From contig JAYPIC010000027.1 of assembly GCA_038127595.1 (NCBI GenBank), forward strand, positions 1 to 23,464: a DNA stretch of 23,464 nucleotides. The letters are read 5' to 3'. This stretch comes from a bacterium (GTDB taxonomy: Bacteria > Fidelibacterota > Marinisomatia > Marinisomatales > UBA1611). The translations under genes were made by a program, and so were the position numbers. Position 1 is the stretch's first letter, and each line of letters starts with the position of its first letter. A model generated the notes under the pieces. The model ran no database searches, was not told the origin of the DNA, and worked only from the letters and a program-made list of their open reading frames with translations. This document shows positions 1-8,717 of the stretch, in pieces.

Positions 1-564
1 ATCTAATATTATACCCGATATTTCTCTTCTTGTTTTTGGGTATAGATTTAAGTGGAAACCAGCCTTCTTCTTGTTCTTAATTTTTACAATAACTTTACTA
101 AGGCCTTCATTAATATTAATCCTTGATAGTTTAGAATTATTTTGGGAAAGTTCCACATTTGAACCTTCGTAATACACACTAATGGATGAAAGAAATTCAA
201 CGAAATCAATTACCACAGATTGCTTTTTTTCGCTATAAATATTGGCTATACCAATTACTATATCATCTTCGTTTAAACCAGAATATAGTTGATGAATGAA
301 ATGAACACCATTAGCAGCATTCGAAGTAACATTTTTTAGATTGTAAACAGTCTCATCCAAGCTATATGTTTCAGAATTTGTTATACCATTGGTAAAAATG
401 TCATTAATGGCTTTATCGGCAATATTTTCATTTTTAAATGGACCCATAAACGTAAAATATTTTATCCAAGGTTCTTGATCTATTTTGTTTTGTTTAAAGC
501 TTTCACCAATCAAAGATGAATTAACAAAAAGTATTATTAATACATACCAAAGCAATCTAGTCAT
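1..564 (-). CDS. Secreted/membrane hypothetical protein, N-terminal part (runs off the window edge; not in the ORF track)
   Basis: Manual translation from ATG 564 is open for 188 codons to base 1: MTRLLWYVLIILFVNSSLIGESFKQ...WIKYFTFMGPFK...RREISGIILD. The N-terminus resembles a signal peptide. An SD-like AAGGA lies at 579..575. Confidence 0.75.
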   Translation of the reverse strand, partial: MTRLLWYVLIILFVNSSLIGESFKQNKIDQEPWIKYFTFMGPFKNENIADKAINDIFTNGITNSETYSLDETVYNLKNVTSNAANGVHFIHQLYSGLNEDDIVIGIANIYSEKKQSVVIDFVEFLSSISVYYEGSNVELSQNNSKLSRININEGLSKVIVKIKNKKKAGFHLNLYPKTRREISGIILD

Positions 565-606
565 TTTTTTAATTTCCTTATTTTGTACTGAAAATAAAAA
601 GCCAAA

Positions 607-3021
607 TCATTTCAATACAAAATTTAGCAATCTATTAGGAATGTAAATCTCTTTTTTTATCTTCATATTCAAAAAGTACTTTTTATAATTATTGTCATTA
701 ATAATGTATTCTATAATGTCTTTTTCATTCAGATTTTTCTCTAAATTCACAACGCCCCTAGTCTTTCCATTAATCTGCACAACTATTTTCATTGTATCGG
801 CAGTGAGGTAATTTTGATCATATATGGGCCAAGACTGACTGGATATTGCTCCATTCACATTATATTCTAAAATTTCATATATTTCTTCACTGATATGTGG
901 AGCGAATGGATTTAATATAATTAAAAAATTTTTGAGGACTTCTTCGTTTAAGCTTTCTAAAGTCAATGCATGATTTACAAAAATCATCATTTGAGAAACA
1001 GCAGTATTAAAACTTAACTCTTCAAGATCTTCAGTTACCTTTTTGATAGTTTGATGAAGTAATCTTAATGTCTCTTTTAGAGGCTTTTTGTTATTTATCT
1101 TTTGTCTAGACTCAATACATAATTTCCATACTTTTTGGAGAAAACGATAAGAACCTTGAAGACCTTTTGTGTTCCAAGGCTTTGATTTATCCAGCGGCCC
1201 CATGAACATTTCATAAACTCGAAAACTATCTGCGCCATATTTATCTACTACATCATCAGGATTGACTACATTACCCCTAGATTTACTCATCTTTTGGCCG
1301 TCTTCTCCGCCTATCATTCCTTGATTAAATAATTTTTTAAAAGGTTCTCGAGTGGAAACTAAACCTAGATCATGAAGCACGTGATGCCAAAATCTTGAAT
1401 ACAAAAGATGTAATACAGCATGCTCCACACCGCCGACATATAAATCTACAGGCATCCAGTATTTCTCATCTTCACTATCCCATGCAAAATCATCATTATG
1501 AGGCGAAATATATCGGAGATAATACCAGCATGAACCAGCCCACTGAGGCATTGTATTTGTTTCTCTTTTTCCACCATCTACATCGACCCAATCAGTGATA
1601 ACTGATAATGGAGACTCTCCGGTTCCAGATGGTTCATATTTTTTAACTTCAGGAAGTGTAAGTGGTAGATCAGAATTATTAAGGGCGGTAATACTCCCAT
1701 CATGATTGTGAATAATTGGCATTGGCTCTCCCCAATACCTCTGTCTAGAAAAAAGCCAATCTCTGAGCTTATATTGAGTTTTCCTTTTTCCTAAATCTTC
1801 TTTTTCCAGCCAATCTATTACTACTTTTATAGCTTCATTTACTTTTAGGTCATTTAAGTTAAGACCTTCACCATTTGAGGAATTAATCATCACTCCGTTT
1901 GATGTATCTGTGTGAACCTCTTTTTCAATGTTTCCACCTGATACGACCTCTTTAATTTGAAGGTTAAATTTCTTTGCAAACTCGTAGTCGCGCTCATCAT
2001 GAGCAGGAACAGCCATTATAGCGCCTGTACCATAACTCATCAATACGTAATCTGCTATCCAAATTGGAATTTTTTGATTATTTACAGGGTTAGTAGCATA
2101 AGCACCAAGTGGCACACCAGTTTTTTCCTTATTCATCTCGCCCCTATCAAAATCTGACTTAAGTGATGCAAACTTTTTATAATCATTTACATCACTAATC
2201 TGATCCTCTACCACCAGCTTATCTACCAAAGGATGTTCAGGCGCGAGAACCATGTAGGTAGCACCAAATAATGTATCTGGCCTTGTTGTATATACAGTAA
2301 TATTTTGACTTAAGCTAGATAACTTAAAATTTACTTCACACCCTTCGGACTTTCCTATCCAATTTCTCTGTAATTCCTTGACGCTTTCAGGCCAGTCTAG
2401 ATCATCTAGTCCATCAAGTAAAGATTCAGCATAATCTGTAATCTTTAACATCCACTGTCTCATTGGTAAACGTTCTACTGGGTGTCCTCCAATATCAGAT
2501 TTTCCATCTACTACCTCCTCGTTCGATAAAACTGCTTTCAGTTCTGGACACCAATTAACAGGAACTTCAGCTTCATAAGCCAATCCTCTTTTGTATAACT
2601 GTAAAAAAATCCATTGTGTCCATTTATAATATTTTGGATCTGTAGTATTCACCTCCCTATCCCAATCATAGGAAAAGCCTAGCATTTTTAATTGTTCCCT
2701 ATATCTTTTAATATTTTTTTCTGTTGTAACCCTAGGATGGGTACCAGTTTTTAAAGCATACTGCTCTGCTGGGAGTCCAAAAGCATCCCAACCCATAGGA
2801 TGAAGCACATTGAAATTATTAAGCCGTTTGAACCTTGAATATATATCAGTAGCAGTATATCCAAGAGGGTGACCTACATGAAGACCTGATCCTGATGGAT
2901 AAGGGAACATATCTAATACATAACACTTTTCTTTTTCTCTAGATACATCAGTTCTGAACGTTTTTTCTTCATCCCAAATTTTCTGCCACTTTTTTTCAAT
3001 TTTCTTGTGATTATATTTCAT
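607..3021 (-). CDS. leuS: Leucine--tRNA ligase
   Basis: Class I aaRS motifs [14 protein letters not shown] (HIGH) and KMSKS, editing-domain TTRPDTLFG and [15 protein letters not shown], plus [11 protein letters not shown]. Start placed at ATG 3021 ([13 protein letters not shown], a typical LeuS N-terminus) rather than the track's GTG 3054, which falls inside a hairpin. Confidence 0.97.
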   Translation of the reverse strand: MKYNHKKIEKKWQKIWDEEKTFRTDVSREKEKCYVLDMFPYPSGSGLHVGHPLGYTATDIYSRFKRLNNFNVLHPMGWDAFGLPAEQYALKTGTHPRVTTEKNIKRYREQLKMLGFSYDWDREVNTTDPKYYKWTQWIFLQLYKRGLAYEAEVPVNWCPELKAVLSNEEVVDGKSDIGGHPVERLPMRQWMLKITDYAESLLDGLDDLDWPESVKELQRNWIGKSEGCEVNFKLSSLSQNITVYTTRPDTLFGATYMVLAPEHPLVDKLVVEDQISDVNDYKKFASLKSDFDRGEMNKEKTGVPLGAYATNPVNNQKIPIWIADYVLMSYGTGAIMAVPAHDERDYEFAKKFNLQIKEVVSGGNIEKEVHTDTSNGVMINSSNGEGLNLNDLKVNEAIKVVIDWLEKEDLGKRKTQYKLRDWLFSRQRYWGEPMPIIHNHDGSITALNNSDLPLTLPEVKKYEPSGTGESPLSVITDWVDVDGGKRETNTMPQWAGSCWYYLRYISPHNDDFAWDSEDEKYWMPVDLYVGGVEHAVLHLLYSRFWHHVLHDLGLVSTREPFKKLFNQGMIGGEDGQKMSKSRGNVVNPDDVVDKYGADSFRVYEMFMGPLDKSKPWNTKGLQGSYRFLQKVWKLCIESRQKINNKKPLKETLRLLHQTIKKVTEDLEELSFNTAVSQMMIFVNHALTLESLNEEVLKNFLIILNPFAPHISEEIYEILEYNVNGAISSQSWPIYDQNYLTADTMKIVVQINGKTRGVVNLEKNLNEKDIIEYIINDNNYKKYFLNMKIKKEIYIPNRLLNFVLK

Positions 3022-3032
3022 AATATATGACA

Positions 3033-3059
3033 AAGGCGTGAAATAGATACCCACGCCTT
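3033..3059 (-). terminator. GC-rich hairpin between the DUF481-like gene and leuS (terminator-like or regulatory)
   Basis: Inverted repeat AAGGCGTG (3033-3040) / CACGCCTT (3052-3059). On the minus strand it is followed by only a short U run. Confidence 0.45.
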
Positions 3060-3085
3060 ATTTTAAAATTTATTGTTTAATACTA

Positions 3086-3907
3086 CTAGAAAGTGAAACT
3101 AAAACCAATAGAAACAGATAGATCTGTATCTTTATAAAATGTTTCTTTAGCCACAAAGTCACCATAATCAGGGTCATACTGACTTTCCCATTCTTCAAGA
3201 GGTTTTAGAACCTTATTATCACCCTCATATTTACTATTATAGCTATGTTTTAAAGTAATATCGACAGATAATGCCTCATAAAAGGTCATAACAGATAGCA
3301 CTACAATATTCTCTAGTAAAAAGTCTTCAAAGTCATCAACTCTTGGCTTATAAAAAGCCCTGTAATCAAAAAAGAAGTTTCCATCCGCTAGAACTAATTT
3401 TACTTTTGGTCTAAAAGAATGTCTTGAAAAGGTTTCAACAGAATCATATTCCTCTTCCTCAAACATGTAAGCATAACTAAGAGAAAATATTTTACCGAAC
3501 CTTATTTTACCGCCAATACCAAAGTCAGTACGATTTATAAGCCCCAAAGATCTATCAAAACTGTAATCATAAAAAAAGAATGGTGAATATTTTTGATTTG
3601 CCCATAGATCAAACTGGGTATGTATATTACCATCTAAAGCATATGGTTCATCTTCAAGAGTAGCATAATTTCCCCCAAAAGAAAAAGAAAATTCAGTATC
3701 CTTCAGTGACCCTACATCGCCAACTAATGAAAAGCTGTATTCAGCCCCAGTAACAAGATTGTTTGTATTGCCCCTAGTTTGATCAAAGGCAATGTATAAG
3801 TCCTGCGATGAATTCACCCCACCTTGCTCATCCTCATCTTGTGCAAAAATTGGATTTAGTAAACAAAAAGATAAAGTAATATTAAAAATAGATAATCGTG
3901 TGATCAT
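3086..3907 (-). CDS. Outer-membrane beta-barrel protein, DUF481-like
   Basis: Signal peptide ending IFA-Q, amphipathic beta-strand pattern, an RGNT motif near the mature N-terminus, and a C-terminal aromatic BAM signal (IGFSFTF). Confidence 0.7.
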   Translation of the reverse strand: MITRLSIFNITLSFCLLNPIFAQDEDEQGGVNSSQDLYIAFDQTRGNTNNLVTGAEYSFSLVGDVGSLKDTEFSFSFGGNYATLEDEPYALDGNIHTQFDLWANQKYSPFFFYDYSFDRSLGLINRTDFGIGGKIRFGKIFSLSYAYMFEEEEYDSVETFSRHSFRPKVKLVLADGNFFFDYRAFYKPRVDDFEDFLLENIVVLSVMTFYEALSVDITLKHSYNSKYEGDNKVLKPLEEWESQYDPDYGDFVAKETFYKDTDLSVSIGFSFTF

Positions 3908-3983
3908 TTTTATTCCTAAAAGTGAATTAATTTATTTAAAGAACAAAGTAAAAATAACTAAACTATTAAATTATTTCCTAAAA

Positions 3984-4015
3984 ATAAAAAAGGCGCATGA
4001 AAGCGCCTTTTTTAT
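3984..4015. terminator. Rho-independent terminator (bidirectional geometry) downstream of the 88-aa gene
   Basis: Perfect 13-bp inverted repeat ATAAAAAAGGCGC-atgaaa-GCGCCTTTTTTAT with a U6 run in both orientations, 22 nt past the stop at 4038. Confidence 0.9.
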
Positions 4016-4037
4016 ATAATCAGTAAAGAAATGAGAA

Positions 4038-4304
4038 CTACTTAGAGCTCTTCTTTTTCCACTTGGACTTCCATTTTCCCCAAGCACCGCCTTTTTTACC
4101 TTTTCCTTCTTTACCTTTCATTTTCTTGCCCTTCTTCTTCTTTTTCTTCTTTATATCTGCATCTGCAAATACAAGATCACCGCCGCAAGAACCAGCACTA
4201 GTTACGCACTGTTCAGCTTTTGTATCAACTGTAGTAGCTGGAGCTACTGCAACGATACCAACGATAACAAGAAGGGAGACAAATAGTCTGTAGAAACGTT
4301 TCAT
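4038..4304 (-). CDS. Small secreted, extremely Lys-rich protein (88 aa), unknown function
   Basis: Strong SD AAGGAG upstream of ATG 4304, Sec-type signal peptide (MKRFYRLFVSLLVIVGIVAVAPA), and its own terminator. 21 of the last 37 residues are Lys. Confidence 0.85.
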   Translation of the reverse strand: MKRFYRLFVSLLVIVGIVAVAPATTVDTKAEQCVTSAGSCGGDLVFADADIKKKKKKKGKKMKGKEGKGKKGGAWGKWKSKWKKKSSK

Positions 4305-4524
4305 TTTATTCTCCTTAAGTTAACTGTTTTGTTTTGTCGACAACACTGACATTAAATATCAGATAGCTAAACTTATTTTATAATGTGTTTCATTGTCAAG
4401 ACTATTAATAACTTGTAAAAAATTAATTTCTTATAAAATTTTATTTTTATCTTCAAATTAAATTTTGTTAATATTCGCACCGAAAAATGTTTGGAACTTT
4501 TAGATAACTAAAGCATTTATCATT

Positions 4525-4564
4525 TAATTTATATTAAGAACGAATAATTTATATTAAGAACGAA
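4525..4564 (+). repeat. Perfect 20-bp tandem direct repeat (2 copies)
   Basis: TAATTTATATTAAGAACGAA at 4525-4544 and 4545-4564, ending 1 nt before the TTG start at 4566. Confidence 0.95.
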
Positions 4565-4565
4565 A

Positions 4566-5510
4566 TTGATTAAAGTAGAAAATCTTTCAAAGAATTATGG
4601 CTCTGTTAAGGCCGTTAAGTCTATTTCATTTGAGCTAAAAGACGGTCAAGTAGTTGGATTTTTGGGTGCCAATGGTGCAGGTAAGAGCACTACTCTTAAA
4701 ATCATGACTGGCTACATATCACCCTCATCTGGAAATGTTTTCTATGGAGAAAAGAATATACAAGATGATACTTCTGAAATTCAAAAAGACATAGGATATC
4801 TTCCAGAATTAAACCCGCTTTATAGCGAAATGATCGTTCATGATTATTTAAAGTTTATTTCTGAAGTCAGAGGCATATCGGAAAATGATTTTAAAAATGC
4901 CTTTCAAAAAGTTGTAGAAGAATGTTCTTTGAATGCTGTGGCCCATCGTACTATTGCAAACTGCTCAAAGGGCTATAAACAAAGAATTGGTCTTGCAGCA
5001 GCATTGATCCATGATCCAAAGATACTTATTTTAGATGAACCCGTTACTGGCTTAGACCCCAATCAAATTGTTGAGATCAGGGAATTAATTAAAAAATTAG
5101 GCAAAGAAAAAATTGTCTTAATGTCCTCTCACATTTTACAGGAAATACAAGCTACTGTTGATAGAATAATTATCATAAATGAAGGTTCTATTGTTGCTGA
5201 TGGTTCAAGCGAAGAACTTTTAAATGACTCTGCAAAAGGAAAAGCTGACCTCAAATTAGAAGTTAGTAATGCTGATGAGAACGATATCAGAGATATGAAG
5301 GCAACTATACCCTCTATTGATATTAAAAACATATCTAAAGAAGATTCTTTTACAAGAATTAATATAGAGTTTCCTAGCAACGGCGATCCTCGAGAAGATA
5401 TTTTTAAATACGCAGTTGACAAAAGTTGGGTAATATTAGAAATGGTTACCTCAAAGCAAAACCTTGAAGATATTTTTAGAAAATTGACAGGAAATAACAA
5501 GTTATCATAA
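4566..5510 (+). CDS. gldA: ABC transporter ATP-binding protein, GldA-like
   Basis: Walker A GANGAGKST, family-type signature SKGYKQRIG, Walker B/D-loop ILILDEPVTGLDPNQ, H-loop SSHIL. TTG start. Confidence 0.85.
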   Translation: MIKVENLSKNYGSVKAVKSISFELKDGQVVGFLGANGAGKSTTLKIMTGYISPSSGNVFYGEKNIQDDTSEIQKDIGYLPELNPLYSEMIVHDYLKFISEVRGISENDFKNAFQKVVEECSLNAVAHRTIANCSKGYKQRIGLAAALIHDPKILILDEPVTGLDPNQIVEIRELIKKLGKEKIVLMSSHILQEIQATVDRIIIINEGSIVADGSSEELLNDSAKGKADLKLEVSNADENDIRDMKATIPSIDIKNISKEDSFTRINIEFPSNGDPREDIFKYAVDKSWVILEMVTSKQNLEDIFRKLTGNNKLS

Positions 5511-6223
5511 TGAAAAACACATTAAGCATATTTAAACGCGAGCTTAAGTCATTTTTTGATAGTCCTATGGCTTATGTTTTTTTGATTGTATTTGCTCTTC
5601 TCAATGGGTGGTTCTTTACTACAACTTTTTTTCTCTATGGCCAGTCAGACCTTAGAACTTTATTTAATATTGTTCCGCTCGTTTATTTATTCTTTATACC
5701 TGGCATAACTATGGGACTTATTTCTAGGGAAAAAGGACTAGGTACAATTGAGATAATTTCTACGCTTCCAATTGAGGATAGAGACATTGTAATAGGAAAA
5801 TATTTATCCGCAGTAGCTTTGATTACCATCGCTTTATTCTCTACCTCTTTACATTTTATTACGCTTGCTACTTTTGGCAATTCTATAGACTATGGGGCGG
5901 TTTTTACTGGCTATCTAGGGTTAATTTTAGTTGGATCAGTATATGCATCGATCGGAATGTTCTCTAGCGCAGTGACAGACAACCAAGTGATTTCCTTCAT
6001 AATTGGTATAGCGATAATTTTTGTTTTCTGGCTTTTTGATAAAGTATTGATTTTCATGCCAGATTTCATTGCAGGCATCATTCAGTATCTAAGTGTAGAG
6101 TATCACCTATCCAATATTTCTCGTGGAGTAATAGATACTAGAAATATCATATACTTTGGTTCCATAATTGGTTTCTTTTTATTTCTTACTACTAGGCTGG
6201 TAGAATCGCGTAGGTGGAGTTAA
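5510..6223 (+). CDS. gldF: ABC-2 type permease, GldF-like
   Basis: About 6 hydrophobic segments, KRELKSFFDSPMAY start, EKGLGTIE motif, SRGVIDTRNIIYF. Translationally coupled to the ATPase (TAATG). Confidence 0.82.
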   Translation: MKNTLSIFKRELKSFFDSPMAYVFLIVFALLNGWFFTTTFFLYGQSDLRTLFNIVPLVYLFFIPGITMGLISREKGLGTIEIISTLPIEDRDIVIGKYLSAVALITIALFSTSLHFITLATFGNSIDYGAVFTGYLGLILVGSVYASIGMFSSAVTDNQVISFIIGIAIIFVFWLFDKVLIFMPDFIAGIIQYLSVEYHLSNISRGVIDTRNIIYFGSIIGFFLFLTTRLVESRRWS

Positions 6224-6226
6224 AAG

Positions 6227-7735
6227 ATGTTAGTAAAAAATAAAAATACCTTAACCATCTACTTAGCAGTGTTAGTTGGGGCACTTCTACTTTTAAATCT
6301 TATTAGCCGTAATTGGTATAAAAGGTTTGATCTGACCGATAATAAAATGTACTCACTAAGTAAATCTAGCGAAGAAATTGTAGACAAGATTGATGACCTG
6401 CTAACCATGAAGGTTTATTTTTCAAGTGACTTACCAGGTGAGCTCTCAAATACTAAAAGATATCTTCAGGATCTACTAGAAGAATACGAAGCTAAATCTG
6501 ATAATATTAGATTTTATTTCTCCGACCCTGGATCTAATGAGAAATTGGAAGAGGAAGCGCGCAAGGATGGTATTCAGCCAGTGCAAATGCAAGTGGTTGA
6601 AGATGATAAACTTGAGGTTAAGAGAGTTTATCTTGGTATGGTTATCCTTTATGAAGATAAGAAAGAGACTATTCCAGTTATTCAAACTGCCACAGGGCTA
6701 GAATATTTAATTACAACCAAAATAAAAACGTTAGTTAATACAAATAAAAAAACAATCGGTATTGCGAATTTATCTGATTCAGAAGAAGTAAAAACAGAAA
6801 ACCTGTCTAACCAATTAAGACAGCATCACACCGTAAGAATCGTTGATCTATCCAATGATAACTTGGTTATTGATAATATAGATGTTTTACTTGTTAGCGG
6901 AGCAACAGATACGGTCGATTCAGCTACTATTTCGAATTTAAATACTTTCATTAATTCTGGTAGAAGTATCCTTTTTGCTCAAGGTGGTGTATCTACAAAT
7001 ATGCAAACCCAACAGGCTGTAAAAATAAATTCAAATATTTTTTCTTTCCTTAAGTCCTATGGTTTTACCCTTAACCAGAACTTGGTTCTTGATAAATCTT
7101 GTAGTAGAGTTCAAGTACAGCAGCAAATGGGATTCATAAGAATGAATGTACCTATGGAATATCCATTTTTACCCATTGTGAAAAATTTCAATGATCAAGA
7201 ATTGGTAGTTAGTGGGCTAGAACAAATACATTTATTCTTCCCTAGCCAAATTATGTTAGACACCTTACTTAGTGATAATGTAATTGGTATAGTAGACCTT
7301 TTTACTAGTTCTAATAAAAGTGGCATAATGTCTGATAGATTTATGTTAAGTCCAGACCCCAAATCAAACCCATTTATCCAAAATTTAAACCAGCGAGGTA
7401 AAGTTCTTGGTGCGGCATCAAGAATCACCAGCGGAAGCGAAATAATTCTCATTGCAGATTCAAAATTTTTATCCGATGATGCAGGCATGTCGGTTCCAGA
7501 AAATATGGTCTTCACAATGAATGCTGTTGATTATTTAGCAGGTGAAAAGGAACTCATTGCTTTACGTTCTCGTGAAATAACAAATAGACCACTTGAAGAG
7601 ATTGAAGACTCCACTAGAAGTCGTTGGAAGTGGGCTAATGTATTATTACCATCAATTGTGATTGCTGGATTAGGTTTTTACAGATCAAAAAGAGAAAAAA
7701 ATAAAGCTGAAATACTAAAACAGATCTATGAATAA
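6227..7735 (+). CDS. gldG: GldG-family ABC-transporter auxiliary component
   Basis: N-terminal TM followed by RFDLTDNKMYSLS, then VYFSSDLP, a C-terminal NAVDYL and a final TM. Follows gldA/gldF-like genes. Confidence 0.82.
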   Translation: MLVKNKNTLTIYLAVLVGALLLLNLISRNWYKRFDLTDNKMYSLSKSSEEIVDKIDDLLTMKVYFSSDLPGELSNTKRYLQDLLEEYEAKSDNIRFYFSDPGSNEKLEEEARKDGIQPVQMQVVEDDKLEVKRVYLGMVILYEDKKETIPVIQTATGLEYLITTKIKTLVNTNKKTIGIANLSDSEEVKTENLSNQLRQHHTVRIVDLSNDNLVIDNIDVLLVSGATDTVDSATISNLNTFINSGRSILFAQGGVSTNMQTQQAVKINSNIFSFLKSYGFTLNQNLVLDKSCSRVQVQQQMGFIRMNVPMEYPFLPIVKNFNDQELVVSGLEQIHLFFPSQIMLDTLLSDNVIGIVDLFTSSNKSGIMSDRFMLSPDPKSNPFIQNLNQRGKVLGAASRITSGSEIILIADSKFLSDDAGMSVPENMVFTMNAVDYLAGEKELIALRSREITNRPLEEIEDSTRSRWKWANVLLPSIVIAGLGFYRSKREKNKAEILKQIYE

Positions 7736-8291
7736 ATCTTTACAATATCTACTAATCGTTTTTGGTGTACTTCTTCTTTTGTTCTTTGTTAATCAGAAAC
7801 AACAAGATAAATACATAGGTTCTGAGGAATCATTATTCAAAATAAATAGTGAAATAATTGATAAAATTTTGATTAAAGATTCAAATGGAGATTCTTTGAC
7901 ATTAGTAAAATCTGACACTCTGTGGTCTATTCTCTACCATGATTCTCTTGAGGTTAAAGATAGACAGTTAGATCAGTTCTTTGAGAAAGTAGTCGGTGGA
8001 ACTTTTGATATGATGATGTCAAAAAATGCAAAAAAGTGGGCTAAATTTGGAGTTGATGATTCTTCAGGTAAGCAAGTAGTTCTATATCAAAATGATAATA
8101 AAGTCTCTGCTGCTATATTTAGCAATAAGGGAGATGATTATGCGCACAATTTTTTTAGGTCAGTTGGCGAAGATAATGTGTACAGAACATCAGAAAATAT
8201 ATTTTATATGATGAACACTCGTCCTACTTATTGGGGTAGTAAACCAAAACCCATAGTGCAACCATCAGACACGACTAGTGTCAATCCTTAA
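7728..8291 (+). CDS. DUF4340-like membrane-anchored protein
   Basis: N-terminal TM and a 'AKFGVD' motif. DUF4340 genes commonly follow GldG in these operons. Overlaps the gldG stop by 8 nt. Confidence 0.6.
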   Translation: MNKSLQYLLIVFGVLLLLFFVNQKQQDKYIGSEESLFKINSEIIDKILIKDSNGDSLTLVKSDTLWSILYHDSLEVKDRQLDQFFEKVVGGTFDMMMSKNAKKWAKFGVDDSSGKQVVLYQNDNKVSAAIFSNKGDDYAHNFFRSVGEDNVYRTSENIFYMMNTRPTYWGSKPKPIVQPSDTTSVNP

Positions 8292-8339
8292 ATATAAATA
8301 TCCTTTTTATTTATATAATAACATTGTATTCTGGATTAT

Positions 8340-8717
8340 ATGAAAAGTAAAAGTAAACAAGTTCTAGTTGTTGGTGATAGATTATTAATACAGCCTGACA
8401 AAGGCGATAAAACCTCACCCGCGGGCTTGTACCTACCTCCAAGTGTTGTTGAAAAACAGGAGGTTAAGGGCGGAATCGTTGTTGAAGTCGGACCTGGAAT
8501 CCCCTTAGGAAGTCCAAATGATACTATTGATGAACCGTGGAAAGATAGTAAAAGTGACATAAAATATATCCCTACACAAGCAGAAATAGGTGATTACGCT
8601 TTGTATTTGGGAAAAGCAAGTATAGAGATTGAGATAGAAAAAAAAGAGTACCTAATAGTCCCGCAATCTGCAATTCTCATTCTTATTAGAGATGATATTG
8701 ATAAAATTGTTTCTTAG
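8340..8717 (+). CDS. Co-chaperonin GroES family protein (long, orphan paralogue)
   Basis: Cpn10 pattern VVGDRLLIQPD...GLYLP...GIVVEVGPG...IGDYALY...EYLIVPQSAIL. At 125 aa it has an insertion after VGPG. No groEL is adjacent. Confidence 0.85.
   Translation: MKSKSKQVLVVGDRLLIQPDKGDKTSPAGLYLPPSVVEKQEVKGGIVVEVGPGIPLGSPNDTIDEPWKDSKSDIKYIPTQAEIGDYALYLGKASIEIEIEKKEYLIVPQSAILILIRDDIDKIVS

Noticed and set aside
607..609. Genome-wide UGA reassignment (code 4 or 25) as the explanation for the in-frame TGA
   Set aside because: leuS ends at a TGA at its expected C-terminus (LLNFVLK), and the Trp/Gly-rich MORN genes are uninterrupted under the standard code.
4334..4343. 10-bp palindrome TTGTCGACAA upstream of the 88-aa gene
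   Set aside because: It could be an operator, but it is too short and single-copy to distinguish from chance.
4525..4564. CRISPR-like array
   Set aside because: Only two directly adjacent copies, with no spacer and no cas genes.
4566..8291. Evidence for gliding motility
   Set aside because: GldA/F/G-like ABC systems are widespread in non-gliding bacteria, and no motor or T9SS genes are in the window.
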